Below, in pieces: positions 10,222-22,000 of a stretch of DNA of 50,218 nt (position 1 is the stretch's first letter; each line of letters starts with the position of its first letter). The DNA is taken from positions 1 through 50,218 of the forward strand of contig CAZYDX010000004.1 in assembly GCA_964646455.1 (NCBI GenBank), read 5' to 3'. The DNA is from an uncultured bacterium. Lineage in GTDB: Bacteria; Fidelibacterota; Marinisomatia; Marinisomatales; UBA1611. Made by a program: the position numbers and the translations under genes. A model generated the notes under the pieces. It had not been told where the DNA came from and made no database searches. It worked only from the letters and a program-made list of their open reading frames with translations.

Positions 10222-11685
10222 TCAATTAATTTTTGAACCATAATTAAGTTGGTCATCAGATGTAAGAATGGGAAATGAAGGCACAATGATTGGATATGCT
10301 AGGCCCCTTTGTGTGACAATCATATCGGTAGAGGTGAGTTCTGTTTTTTCAAAAATATCTGTGTTTATCTTTATTTTATTTGAATATTTATTTTGTAGAG
10401 AATCTATCAGATCATTATACAAAACATTTTCGCTATTATTAGAATCTTTATTGAAAATTGATATAAATCGTTTGCTTGCGTATGCATCATGCCACATGCT
10501 TACATTAGACTTTACTCTCCAATCTTTTTCCAATCCTTTTTTATAACACTCTTTATTTATTGATTGATCTCTCAATAAATCTGCCAAAGATAATTTTAGC
10601 TGATTACGAAACTGACTTTTACCTATTTCCCTTTTCCTAAAAACTAAGGGGTGTGACTGAATCAATTGATTGATGTCTTTTACTGTCCATTGTTTGTTAT
10701 CATATTTTAGAATTACATCATCTGGTAAAAGTTTGGTATTATTTTTTAGTGTAATTGTTTTCGGATTCTCTATTTCTTCCCATAATGCTTTATTTATAGC
10801 ACTCTTTTTAGAGTCTGTATCTTGAAGATAAACCTTAGATGCTTCATAAGCATATTGATTAAAAATTTTTGGATTAAAATCAATTTTTTTACCGGACATT
10901 ATTTTTTTTACATGCTTGAGATATTTTTTTTTAGCTGTTTTTTCTTTGATCATATCTTTTATATCATTCCATTGAATTTTCTGTTCATTCGCAGTAATAG
11001 AAACTTTATCTGTCCAACCTTCAATATTCATAACAAGATAACTTCCATCGTCATTAGTAAAAGGACCTATTAGTTGACCTTTTTTTATATTCTTACTAAA
11101 TAACTTCTCATGGATAAAATCAGGTTCTTTATCAAAAAAACCAATTATTCTTTTTGGTATTCCCCCTCCCCATACATTATTATATATATAAGATAAAGAA
11201 AAATTCTGTTTTAATAATTCCTGAATTTTGTTTAATGCCTCTTTATTTGGTAGGTTGATATAGTTCACCTCAATTGATCGCCCAGAGATATGTATTAAGT
11301 TTTCAATTGTACTATCGGGGACAACAGTTTTACTAAAAAAATCATCATTGTAAAAGACTTGCCGCATTGCCTGTTCTTTCCTACCCGTTAAATAATTGTT
11401 AAAATATTGGCTTTGTAGTAGGTCATCCTTTTTTTCTGACATTTCTATAGCTGTGAGTTTTTCAGCGATTAATGAGTTTAAAACAATTTTTTTATGAATA
11501 TAGTTTGACTGCCTACAATAGTCAGGTCTGATCGTATACTCCGATCTACGAATAAAATCTTGAACTGTAATGATTCTGTCCTCTACTATAGCAAGAACAT
11601 CGGTGCTTAATGGTAACTGGTTTTTGTCAGAACAGTCTAATGAAATGAAAAATATAAATATAGCACAAGGTAGAGACCTGGGCAT
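10222..11685 (-). CDS. SurA/PrsA-like periplasmic chaperone (degenerate PPIase), probable lipoprotein
   Basis: SLDC lipobox-like; VLAIVEDRIITVQDF, LNSLIAEKL, KKGQLIGPF…GSYLVM and LQNKYSNKIKIN resemble foldase frame elements; rotamase active site not recognisable. Confidence 0.55.
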   Translation of the reverse strand: MPRSLPCAIFIFFISLDCSDKNQLPLSTDVLAIVEDRIITVQDFIRRSEYTIRPDYCRQSNYIHKKIVLNSLIAEKLTAIEMSEKKDDLLQSQYFNNYLTGRKEQAMRQVFYNDDFFSKTVVPDSTIENLIHISGRSIEVNYINLPNKEALNKIQELLKQNFSLSYIYNNVWGGGIPKRIIGFFDKEPDFIHEKLFSKNIKKGQLIGPFTNDDGSYLVMNIEGWTDKVSITANEQKIQWNDIKDMIKEKTAKKKYLKHVKKIMSGKKIDFNPKIFNQYAYEASKVYLQDTDSKKSAINKALWEEIENPKTITLKNNTKLLPDDVILKYDNKQWTVKDINQLIQSHPLVFRKREIGKSQFRNQLKLSLADLLRDQSINKECYKKGLEKDWRVKSNVSMWHDAYASKRFISIFNKDSNNSENVLYNDLIDSLQNKYSNKIKINTDIFEKTELTSTDMIVTQRGLAYPIIVPSFPILTSDDQLNYGSKIN

Positions 11686-11691
11686 ATCAAA

Positions 11692-12747
11692 CTAAAATGA
11701 AAAACCAAGAGTGTAAACATGTACATTGCCCAGTATACCAACTGCTTTATAGGCATAGTCAATAGACACAAACTTGTTCCCTAAAACAAACAGCTTTATT
11801 CCTACACCTCCAGCATAACCATATTCTGGGCTGTCCATGAAAAGAGCTTTCATTCCACCCCGAAGGCTAAAGGTGCCAACGCCCGGAATTGTGTTGTCAA
11901 GCGCACACCCGATGTTAATGGATTCAGAATTGTTGTTTGGGTGAAGAGCATCCGCGGATATTGTAAGCTGAGAAATATTATTAACAATTGGCTTAAGAGC
12001 AACACCTATTCTAAATATTAAAGGAAGCTCCCACTCTGATGGTCTAAACTGACCTGGAACATCACCGTAGTTACCTTCTTCATATTCAGAAATATCAATA
12101 GGCTGATAAATATCTATGCCATCAAATCTCATTCTAGTTCCATAGTTGGAAATGCTCATTCCAATATTTAGCCCATCCTCATCTTTCCCGGTAAATGAAA
12201 AGAAATCAGTATTCACAAGAACACCAAGGTCAACGGCAACCGCACTAGCAGAGCTGTGCCATATATTAGAACGAACGTATTTTATTGTAGAGCCAAATGA
12301 AAACCAGGGAACTAGTTTTCTTGAAAAAGTAAGTGATGCAGCAATATCAGATGCTGTAAAATTTTCTCCTGTACCTTCTTGATATTCAAGCGTGGTCACT
12401 GCCATCTCTCCGTAATTCATTTGGGTTAGACCAAAACCAATATTTCCTATCCTGGGTATGATTAAAGCACCTGCTGTAAAAGACATGTTAATCCCGGCCA
12501 GCCAAGGTTGACTCATAAAAGAAAGTTTGGGCATATCCAAACTTGCAAGACCTGCTGGATTCCAATATATTGATGATATATCATCAGACACAGCAACAAA
12601 AGCATCTCCCATAGAGCTCCCCTCACTGTCAACTCCAATCTCAAGAAAATTTCCAGTTGTTGTACCATATCTGTGAATCATCTGAGCGTGGATGCTTGCA
12701 CAAAAGAATAGGCAGCTTATAATTATATATTTTCTAATACTTATCAT
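11692..12747 (-). CDS. PorV/PorQ-like (UPF0164, FadL-type) outer-membrane beta-barrel
   Basis: Signal peptide; FLEIGV…SMGDAFVAVSDDISSIYWNPAGL; LPLIFRIG; terminal aromatic YTLGFSF. Confidence 0.85.
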   Translation of the reverse strand: MISIRKYIIISCLFFCASIHAQMIHRYGTTTGNFLEIGVDSEGSSMGDAFVAVSDDISSIYWNPAGLASLDMPKLSFMSQPWLAGINMSFTAGALIIPRIGNIGFGLTQMNYGEMAVTTLEYQEGTGENFTASDIAASLTFSRKLVPWFSFGSTIKYVRSNIWHSSASAVAVDLGVLVNTDFFSFTGKDEDGLNIGMSISNYGTRMRFDGIDIYQPIDISEYEEGNYGDVPGQFRPSEWELPLIFRIGVALKPIVNNISQLTISADALHPNNNSESINIGCALDNTIPGVGTFSLRGGMKALFMDSPEYGYAGGVGIKLFVLGNKFVSIDYAYKAVGILGNVHVYTLGFSF

Positions 12748-15700
12748 TTAATTACTGCAAATTTTCCAATTTTCGTGTCGCCTGTGTTTGTAGACTCAAC
12801 ATGGTAAATATACATCCCAGCTGCTATTTCTAAACTTTCTCTTGTTAACATGTCCCAATGAACAAGCCCCTTTTCAGGGGGGTTTTGCACGATTATCTCA
12901 TCAACTAAAACACCACTGACCGTGAATATTTTAATCGTGCACTGTGCAGGTATATGAGTAAAAATAATTCTTCTTCTTTGGTTTAGATAAGGATTTGTTA
13001 CCGCCTCTTCCATCATGTTTGACATTACATAAGGATTCGGAACCACCATTATATTATCCATAGAGTTTGATAGTGCCTGTGTATCTAGGTTATCATCATA
13101 GTCAATTGAAAAGTGTATTGAGTCCGTTATATAAAAAGGTCTTTTCCAATCCACCTGATACACATCACCAGGGTTTGGCATCGTTATTTCTGTAGATAGT
13201 TGAAAGTCTAAAATGAATGCCGTAGCTCTCCACCTACTTCCAACAGTTGCTCCAACAAAAATACGGTCTTCATAAATATCAAAAACATTATTATTATTAA
13301 CATCGTGGATGACCACATCCATTAAATCATAGCCACCAGCCTCATTTATGAAGGATGTATTCTGTACATAAAAATTAACGGCGGGGTTTGTTATTTTAGC
13401 TGAACCAATTGAGACTCCATTTTCATCGCGAACTGTGCCAGAAGAGGCAATCCCAACATAGGTTGAATCATTGTCCATAAAAACAATTTTATATGTCCAT
13501 GGTATTTTAATACCCTCTGATAAAGAAGGCGTTACCCTCATAATACCACTGCCATTGATCCATTCTGAATTTTCATAGCTATATTCAGGTATTTCAACAT
13601 AGTCATCTACCTCTACCTGGAGACCATCAAAAATATCAGATGAGATTGAGGTGTTTGGATTAAGCGTCCAATAGTCCACAGTGTCTCTATAGATTAGATT
13701 GTTGCCAATATATTTTGTTGGGGTCTCACTATACGCTAGTAAACTATCTGTTAAGTCATAGATCTTTATCTCATTAGTGGTGTACTGGATTCCTCTTTCA
13801 TAACCACTTACCGTTGCAACTGTATCAATACCAAAAGTTATTGCATAATTATGCCCTTTTTTCAAACTCCCCTGTGCTCTGATTATTGGAGAAACAGTGC
13901 CTGAACCAACAATATTATTTTCAGCTATATCAACCTCTGGGGGTATGTATCCTGCGGCCCTTTGATGGGGCGTCACAATCGCTATATTTTTCCCAATTGA
14001 TCTAATGTTCTCATACTCATCTAGTTCAATAACTGTGTTGTTTTCTGATGGTGAAATACCAGGCCCAATATCAGGGGCGCCAAAGTCATATGCTACAACA
14101 GCATAGTAATATGTCCTACCATTTTGAACTGTATTATCTACAAAAATATGGGTGATCCCCGAATTATTTCCCAGGTTATATCCAGAGCCATTAATTAAAC
14201 CAAAATCTGTAAAACCACTACACTGGTGAATCATACCGGTTTTAGGATTTGGATTGTGACCGACATCGTCCACCATATCACACTGGTATATTGGTTTTTT
14301 AAAAGTTGGTGTGCCATAGCCATCTGTAATTATCTCAGGGTCTGCCATATACTTATCTGTTGACCGGTACACCTTATAACCTTCAAAATCATTAATATTT
14401 CCTACAAATGGGTCTCTGGTTTTTGTGTCGGCGGCATCATCCCAGGTAAGAATAACCTCACCATCAGCAGCAGTTGCAGAAATAGTTGGCATTCTAGGCG
14501 GCTGCGCAAAACGGTAATCTTTTTCATAAATAACCTGAACAATTCTTTTTAATTCATACAAGGCTGGTGCTCCATGCTCAGGACTATTTAATCCTGCCAG
14601 TGGGTCATAAGAATGAAGTTCGGACATTGATATCCTCTCGACCCTACCTTGATATAGTGGAAATGATCCAGAGGCAAACACCTCTACAAGGTTGGAAATA
14701 TTGCCCTCGAACTCTTCAAGTGTATCCCCACCTACTAAATCCCACATAACCTGATCATTCTTAAACCACTGTGTTTCATTTGACGCTGAGTGGCTTGGGA
14801 TTGGAAACATCCGGAAAGATGTTAGCCCAACCATATCCGACTCTGATACATCTGTTGTATTAAAATTAGGCTCACAGCCAACACCCTCAACAAAATCAGG
14901 CCTATGATTGCACTCTGATCCATCATCATCAGGACCATTATAGTTTATTTCTCCTGGTCCGACACCATCAATTCCTATATCATCACCATAAAAGTATGCC
15001 ACTTCTAAATCATCCAAATTTTCTCCGTTACAAGCACCTTCGTCTGAATCTTGCCAGTCTTGGTCCTCATCAGCATCCCAATGCGGCTTTAAATCTTCTG
15101 CATCGAGCTTGTAGTATTCTAAAAATGCGCTTAGATCATTGATTCCTTCTGTAGCACCAACTATAGCTGTTGGTTCATTATCTCTTTTTTCATCAATTAG
15201 GCCATCAAAGTCATTATCTATATTGTCATAGGCTAGCCCAGGACTCTCAAGATATGCAAAACCCATTACCCCTGTAGGAAGACCACCAGAACCAACTCCA
15301 TTTATATCCCATGAGTATGACATATCGATATCTATATCAAAAAAACCAATGTCATCTGAAGCATCATTACCGATACCATTATCAACCCAATATCCAAAGG
15401 CAACATCCCTTATATCATAGTCAGATACATTGGCTATAGAATACTCCCAAAAAATAGCATCTCTAGCTTGAGGGTTGTTCCACTGAAAACCACGAACTTC
15501 TACTCGAAGACCAAGTCCACCCCACGATTCACCGCGTTGTTTTGTAACATCTGGCTTTATATCACCAATTTTCATTCCAGGCCTTGGATAATATTTAACA
15601 AAGTCTTCAGGGCCAATATATTCTAGGTCCTGGGCATCATTAACAACGTAATAACTTTCTTGATCAGCATATTTAACACCACGCCCAAATCTACCGTTCC

Positions 15701-16244
15701 ACTCTCCTGGCCACTTTTTCTCAAACCCAGTAGATGGCCACCCGCCAATTGGCCATGAATTTTCTATATTAGAAACAGAAGGATACTCATTGGACTCATT
15801 AAAATAGCCAAACACAGGATAGAACCCCCACTCTACCGTGCCTGTTGGGTCTCTGTCCATTTCTTCTCTGTAGCTTGTTTGTAAATAATGAAGCGTGTGT
15901 TTTGTTTGACTATAAATATCTATCGGGTTGGTGAGCGGTATAGTATCAACTGTAGAGGCATCTCCATCATCTTTGATATAAACCTTTGCCCCCACTAAAA
16001 GACCAATGCCGTCAACCATTTTTACCCCGTCATTATTGTTTGGCCACCTGGAAGCATTGGTCGCAGGCCAATCAGATAGTTCAGTAGTATTTTTAAAATA
16101 TAATAAAACGCGATTCCCCGTCATGTATCCTTCTCTCTCTGCAGCAGGGTCACCAGCAGGATCCTCAGGGCCCGCATAGGGCTTACCCTGAGATAAAACA
16201 AAAGAGCACAGAACAGATAGTACTATAATAAAACCTTTAATCAT
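12744..16244 (-). CDS. Large secreted protein of unknown function with Asp-rich Ca-binding loops, FN3-like domain and variant C-terminal sorting domain
   Basis: Signal peptide; DNIDNDFDGLIDE and DDIGIDGVGP…GPDDDG; VILTWDD…FEGYKVYRS…NGRTYYYAVVAYD; VVPNPY…TIKIFTVSG…WDM…AAGMYIY…KFAVIK. Confidence 0.7.
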   Translation of the reverse strand: MIKGFIIVLSVLCSFVLSQGKPYAGPEDPAGDPAAEREGYMTGNRVLLYFKNTTELSDWPATNASRWPNNNDGVKMVDGIGLLVGAKVYIKDDGDASTVDTIPLTNPIDIYSQTKHTLHYLQTSYREEMDRDPTGTVEWGFYPVFGYFNESNEYPSVSNIENSWPIGGWPSTGFEKKWPGEWNGRFGRGVKYADQESYYVVNDAQDLEYIGPEDFVKYYPRPGMKIGDIKPDVTKQRGESWGGLGLRVEVRGFQWNNPQARDAIFWEYSIANVSDYDIRDVAFGYWVDNGIGNDASDDIGFFDIDIDMSYSWDINGVGSGGLPTGVMGFAYLESPGLAYDNIDNDFDGLIDEKRDNEPTAIVGATEGINDLSAFLEYYKLDAEDLKPHWDADEDQDWQDSDEGACNGENLDDLEVAYFYGDDIGIDGVGPGEINYNGPDDDGSECNHRPDFVEGVGCEPNFNTTDVSESDMVGLTSFRMFPIPSHSASNETQWFKNDQVMWDLVGGDTLEEFEGNISNLVEVFASGSFPLYQGRVERISMSELHSYDPLAGLNSPEHGAPALYELKRIVQVIYEKDYRFAQPPRMPTISATAADGEVILTWDDAADTKTRDPFVGNINDFEGYKVYRSTDKYMADPEIITDGYGTPTFKKPIYQCDMVDDVGHNPNPKTGMIHQCSGFTDFGLINGSGYNLGNNSGITHIFVDNTVQNGRTYYYAVVAYDFGAPDIGPGISPSENNTVIELDEYENIRSIGKNIAIVTPHQRAAGYIPPEVDIAENNIVGSGTVSPIIRAQGSLKKGHNYAITFGIDTVATVSGYERGIQYTTNEIKIYDLTDSLLAYSETPTKYIGNNLIYRDTVDYWTLNPNTSISSDIFDGLQVEVDDYVEIPEYSYENSEWINGSGIMRVTPSLSEGIKIPWTYKIVFMDNDSTYVGIASSGTVRDENGVSIGSAKITNPAVNFYVQNTSFINEAGGYDLMDVVIHDVNNNNVFDIYEDRIFVGATVGSRWRATAFILDFQLSTEITMPNPGDVYQVDWKRPFYITDSIHFSIDYDDNLDTQALSNSMDNIMVVPNPYVMSNMMEEAVTNPYLNQRRRIIFTHIPAQCTIKIFTVSGVLVDEIIVQNPPEKGLVHWDMLTRESLEIAAGMYIYHVESTNTGDTKIGKFAVIK

Positions 16245-18898
16245 TAGAAATAGATCCCGATACCTATCTTAACCATCCTGGGAGAAGAAAACATTGAGGG
16301 GTTTTTTATACGATCTTCGTAATCATTAAAGTCACTACGGTGACCTGCGATATCTGTCTCTTTGATGATGGCGGTATATGCTCGTCCTGTCTGATCGTTT
16401 ACCCACTCTTCATTGAGCCTGTCAAATAAATTATATATGCTCACATCTAAATTAGCATTGTACCCACCAGGAAGCTTAAATCGATAATAAAACGAGCAAT
16501 CAACTGAATATTTCTCAGGCCTGTAATCATTATTTGGATAGAGGTTGATTCTAGATAATATACTCTCACTCTGCGGAGAAAATGTATAGGGAGATCCAGA
16601 GTTATAGTACGCTGTCATAGAACCACCAAATTTTTCAGAGCCATATATAAGTGACCCGTTAAGAGTATGGCGCTGGTCCCAACTCATTGGAATAAATCTA
16701 TTCACCGGGTCTTGATTATTACCAGCCCTGTCAAACGTTTGTCCGGGAGAATCTGCATTACCCCTAGTGTATTGAAGTGTATAGTTAACCATTCCCTTTA
16801 TTTGACCCAGAGCAAGATCTAGCTTTAGCTCCAACCCTCGAACATTTCCGTAGTCTTTATTGGAGTATAATCCATATTTGACTTGGTTATAGGTTGAAAT
16901 TGTTTTAGTCGTTAACAAATTATATATATCTCTATAAAACAGTGCTACATCCAGTGCCATCATTTGATTTAATTCCTGCCAAAGACCTATCTCATAAGTA
17001 ATGGTTTTTTCTGGCTCCAATAATGTATTACCCATTCTAGTAACAAAATTATTTGGATCAACTAAAAAGCTGTTGTTCTGGTACATCGCATACATAGGAG
17101 GCATCTGGAAAAAATGCCCATAACTAAAATGTAAAACTGCCTGGTTCCCAAGCTGATAGGCAAATCCAACTCTAGGGCTCATTTGCGAAATAACCGGCGC
17201 CTGTGGGTAATCACTCATCATTGAATCTGGAAGAATAAGCTGGTTGGCTGGATTTCTTCTGTCTGACGGGTAGACACTCTCTGGATCAAATTGGTCGTAA
17301 CGAAGGCCAATATTGATAACCATGTCATCAAACTCCATTTTATCTTGTATGTAAAAAGCCACCTCTTTAGGTGAAACCTTGTACACGTCAGCATAGGCTG
17401 AAGAATCACCAAATATCTCTGGGACATAGACTGAATCACTCGCGGTGTTGTGAAATTTGTTTCTAATTTGATGCCACCTGTTATCTAGCTCATGGCTGAA
17501 ATAATGGAGGCCTGTTTTTATGCTGTGGGTGTGATTCGCCTGCCAGGTTACATCCAATTTATAGGTTTGATCAACCATCCAGCGATCTAAATGATCCTTT
17601 GATTGACCGCCCGTTAAAAACCCCGGACCATAACTATCAAAGTATCGATCATGAACATACCTACTATCAAGTGGATCCTCATAGACATAAGTTCCAAAGT
17701 CATTATCAACAATAGAATATTTAAACTCATAAAATAATTTCTGAGAAAACATTTGGTTTAATTGGAAAGCAAAATAAGTGGTAGCTTTCCTCGATATTGA
17801 TCTCCCCTCTGGATTGTATTTGAAGGAATGATCATAACCCATCCAGCTATCATCACTGTGTGATAAAAGTGTAGAAAAACGTACTCCATTAAAAAGATTA
17901 AAACTAAGCTTGATAAGAGCTGAAAAATTATTGCTCGTATTCATTGGAACATATGAACTATCACCAGTTTTTTCTGAAACCCAAAGCGTTGAATCATCGT
18001 AATAAAAATTGGAAAAATTATCTACCTCGAAAAGTCTTAATCCATTCAGATGTCCGTTGTTTTCTTGAACTCTAACGTTTGTGAAAAAAGTGACCTTATT
18101 ACCAATAACAGGACCACCAAGACTAAATTTAATATCTTGGCTCTTATTTAAACTGGGATCCAAACCTATAAAAATATCTGTGTTATCTGTATAGTATGAT
18201 GAACCGCCATAAGATACAGACCCTTCATATTTTGGTCCACCATCTCTGGTTACCACATTTACAACGCCGCTCATTGCTCTACCATATTCAGCATTAAATG
18301 TCCCTGTGACAACCTCAAGATCTTGTACTGCCTCCGGCTGTATATCAACCGTGGCGCTCGACCCACCAAATGTTTCATCCACCTGAATGCCATCTACCAT
18401 GTAAGTCACTTCCGTACTTCTCCCCCCCCTAAAGTGCCCATTGACCACCCCAGCCTGCATATTTACGACGGCGCCAACATTTTCAACAGGAAGAGCATTA
18501 ATCTCGTCGCCAGAAATATTCTTTATTGTTCCCGTTTGGTCTTTTTTCTGAGCAAATCTAGCTACCTCAACAGTGACAACTTCTCCCTCTATTACAGTCT
18601 GTTCTAGCTCTGCCTCAAGAAAGAATGTTCTGTTTATCGATACAGTAATATTTTCCATTTTGATGGACCTATAACCAATCATATCAATTTTTAGATTATA
18701 TTTACCAGGTGGAATATTTATCAAAGTAAACCTACCCTGATTATCTGACGCAGACCCAAATGAAGTGTTTTCTAGGTAAACATTTGCGCCAGGTAAAGGT
18801 GATGAAGCTGATTTATCTTTTACTACACCAGATATTTTCCCTGTCGTCTGCGCAAAAATATTACAAGTAAGTAAAAAGCATACTATATATCTATACAT
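16244..18898 (-). CDS. TonB-dependent receptor with N-terminal carboxypeptidase-regulatory-like domain
   Basis: Start refined to MYRYIVCF at 18898; QTTGKISGVV…LPGANV…IPPGKY; plug HFRGGR…TGTFNAEYG.AMSGVVN; GLRYD, LEPEKT..YEIG, NLFD, terminal Phe. Confidence 0.9.
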   Translation of the reverse strand: MYRYIVCFLLTCNIFAQTTGKISGVVKDKSASSPLPGANVYLENTSFGSASDNQGRFTLINIPPGKYNLKIDMIGYRSIKMENITVSINRTFFLEAELEQTVIEGEVVTVEVARFAQKKDQTGTIKNISGDEINALPVENVGAVVNMQAGVVNGHFRGGRSTEVTYMVDGIQVDETFGGSSATVDIQPEAVQDLEVVTGTFNAEYGRAMSGVVNVVTRDGGPKYEGSVSYGGSSYYTDNTDIFIGLDPSLNKSQDIKFSLGGPVIGNKVTFFTNVRVQENNGHLNGLRLFEVDNFSNFYYDDSTLWVSEKTGDSSYVPMNTSNNFSALIKLSFNLFNGVRFSTLLSHSDDSWMGYDHSFKYNPEGRSISRKATTYFAFQLNQMFSQKLFYEFKYSIVDNDFGTYVYEDPLDSRYVHDRYFDSYGPGFLTGGQSKDHLDRWMVDQTYKLDVTWQANHTHSIKTGLHYFSHELDNRWHQIRNKFHNTASDSVYVPEIFGDSSAYADVYKVSPKEVAFYIQDKMEFDDMVINIGLRYDQFDPESVYPSDRRNPANQLILPDSMMSDYPQAPVISQMSPRVGFAYQLGNQAVLHFSYGHFFQMPPMYAMYQNNSFLVDPNNFVTRMGNTLLEPEKTITYEIGLWQELNQMMALDVALFYRDIYNLLTTKTISTYNQVKYGLYSNKDYGNVRGLELKLDLALGQIKGMVNYTLQYTRGNADSPGQTFDRAGNNQDPVNRFIPMSWDQRHTLNGSLIYGSEKFGGSMTAYYNSGSPYTFSPQSESILSRINLYPNNDYRPEKYSVDCSFYYRFKLPGGYNANLDVSIYNLFDRLNEEWVNDQTGRAYTAIIKETDIAGHRSDFNDYEDRIKNPSMFSSPRMVKIGIGIYF

Positions 18899-18952
18899 GA
18901 ATTTATTTAGAAGTAAGTATATATAATTTAGTGATAGTTCCACATTCTGAAA

Positions 18953-18986
18953 AAAAGAAAGGCAGGAATAAACCCGCCTTTCTTTT
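18953..18986 (-). terminator. Intrinsic terminator between the glycan-binding protein gene and the TBDR gene
   Basis: Minus strand reads GAAAGGCGGG-TTTATT-CCTGCCTTTC followed by a T run, starting about 16 nt after the stop at 19003. Confidence 0.8.
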
Positions 18987-19002
18987 CAAATGTTAAATGA
19001 TG

Positions 19003-22000
19003 TTATTTTAATAATATCATTTTTTGCGTCATGGACTTCGTTCCTGAATCTAATCGGTAGAAGTACACCCCTGACGCGTATCTGCCGGCGTTCCACTGTA
19101 CCATGTGAAAGCCAGCAGCTCTGTTCTCATTGACCAGTGTTTCTACAAGTCGCCCTGTAACACTATATATACCAAGGTATACTTTTTGATTCTCTGGTAG
19201 TGAGAACTTGATGTTTGTTACTGGATTAAACGGGTTCGGGTAGTTTGGAAACAAAGCAAAAACCTCAGGAGTAACCGGGGTTTCATTATCATTGCCTAGT
19301 ATTGTTGCCTGATCTCCGATCCAGGTAAAAGACCACTCTCCAGGGTTGTTCCACTGCTGATCAGTTGCAATGGTTGAGTAACCCACATTCCCCTCCCAGG
19401 TTCCATTATCATTATCATGAAAATAAATATCTAGTGGAATTCTCATTCCATTCACAGGATGAAACCTTTGGTCTCCTCCTAACGCTGAAAGAGTATCCAA
19501 AGATATTTTTCCTTCAACGACATAGTCAGGGTCAAACATCTCAAAATGATAATGATCCTGATCAGAGTTTCCGATACTTGAATTGGTTGGATTATCTAAC
19601 TGAAGGGTGTTTTCGTTCGCATAAACAATATAGTCCGGCTCATCGCCACGCTTGATTGAAGTATGCTTTGGGCCTCTCCAGTCGTACAGACCAAAGAATA
19701 TCTGTAACGCATCCTGATCCCACCAGTTACCTTCTCCAAAATGATAGTCATCATCAATAACATCTGCAGCAAAATATAGATAGTCATCATCGATTGCGAG
19801 ATACACTGTTCCGCTTAAATCCTGATCATCATCAACATTAGACCAGACACCCCCAGTAGTAGGATTAATAACAAATGGCATAATACCACTATCTGACCAC
19901 TCAGATATGTTTCCATCTGCGGCAAAGTTTGAAGGGACGTTAAGTGAGATTGTTGGTATACCTTTTGCCTCGTTTGTAATAGGTGCATCTGTTGCCCCTG
20001 GAGCACCAATGTTGCCAGCAGCATCAACACAAACAACAGCATAGTAGTAGCTCACGTTTATATTTTGAAGTGGAGCATATAGATAATGGGTGGCTGTCTG
20101 TGCGCCTTCAATCACATTTGACGCAATAAGCTCAACCCCATCAGCTCCAACATCGGTGATTGCACTTGTGCTAGCATACGCATGATAAAGCTCACCCTCT
20201 TCCCCATCAATATCTGTCCAGGTAACCAAGTTAAAATTGGCCCCAGGAATTGCTCCAACATTTCCAGGTGCAACCGGAGCTACAACATCTATGTCTGGAT
20301 TTCCTGTCCAAAAATTGTCAAAGTGGAATATTCTTTCAGGCACACCATTGCCCTCAGCAAGTACCTGAAAAACAGTAACCGCACTTGTGTCAAAGTTTGT
20401 GGTGTTATCCATTTCTGTAAAGTCTTTTAGAGCAAACATATAATGATTCCACCCACCAGCTGCCACAGGAGTAAATGTTTCCCCGACCTTACCATCATCA
20501 CCAGATTCCAACTGCAAACGAATCGCAGGCGCATCTGCCTCTGAGTGCATCCAGAAAGAGATTGAATCACTTAGCCATTCACCACCACTCGCTAGATCAA
20601 CAGCAGGAGCAATATTAAAACCAGCCCCTGACCATGCGTCTTGCTGAATAAAAGTAAGAGCGTTTGTCCCAGCTATATATCCACCACCATCAGTGACAAA
20701 CATCTGAGCGCCACCCCATTGAAATGGATTTCCCCATCCAGGTGGTGTACCCATACCATTAAATATAACTAGATCGACACCTTTGTATCCGGTCAGAGTA
20801 AAATTATCTAAGACAACGGTTCCACCAACTGCATCACCTTCACCGCCGCCACCTATAGAAAACTCCAGGTGGAAACCTCCAATAGCATAGGTGTCTAGCT
20901 CACCATTATCAGTATCTCCTGCCCAACCTGTAAGATTAAAACCTGCACCATCCCATGAATCATTTCTGACCAATGGTAGCGTAACAGTATTCCAGCCCGC
21001 TTCAGCATCTAAAATATAATGAAAAGAATAATAATACTCTCCTAAACCAGCATAGTCATCAGATACCCCAGCATAATCACTGAGATTTAGTCTGAGGTGT
21101 ATCCTATTTGCCTCAGAAGCGGCAATGGAGTTATAGTATGAAAATGATATACTATCATATGCAGACCAATCCCAAACTTCACCATGTTCACGTTGCATAG
21201 AAAAGATCGCTGTTCCGTTCTTATTAAATGTTGACGCCCTCCCTTCTTGAATTGAAAAATCCAAATTCTGATGAACCTGTACTAGCGATGCTGCAGGGCT
21301 AACATGAACGTTAACGCTTGTAAGCGTAACTGGAGCATCTAGCGTGGACACATATAAAAGAAAAGAACTAAAAGTATTTTCTCCCTGTGCTGGAATATCC
21401 ACACTGTATTGTGTTGGATCTGTTCCAGAGACTGTCACAGCAGCTGTGTTGTAGCTAGGATCAACATCTGGGTATGGATTGTATTCAAAACGAAAATAAA
21501 CTTCGGCATCTGTTCCGGCTGTCGAACCCATAAAAGAAATCGATCCCCCATTTGGAAAAGAGAATGGATACACAGACACATCCTCATTGGCAAATCCTGC
21601 CCAACCTTCAGCTCCAGTTGGGTTAGTATAGGTCATTGTTGTCGTATCAACTACAGCACCGCCAAATGGACCAGAAAAAACGATATCTGGCATTGGTGGA
21701 ACATTTTTATGAACATGGACATGTGTCAATGTAACTGGAGCATCTAGCGTGGACACATATAAAAGAAAAGAACTAAAAGTATTTTCTCCCTGTGCTGGAA
21801 TATCCACACTGTATTGTGTTGGATCTGTTCCAGAGACTGTCACAGCAGCTGTGTTGTAGCTAGGATCAACATCTGGGTATGGATTGTATTCAAAACGAAA
21901 ATAAACTTCGGCATCTGTTCCGGCTGTCGAACCCATAAAAGAAATCGATCCCCCATTTGGAAAAGAGAATGGATACACAGACACATCCTCATTGGCAAAT

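Noticed and set aside
16244-18898. Calling the receptor susC
   Set aside because: SusC-specific signature motifs were not recognised and no SusD follows
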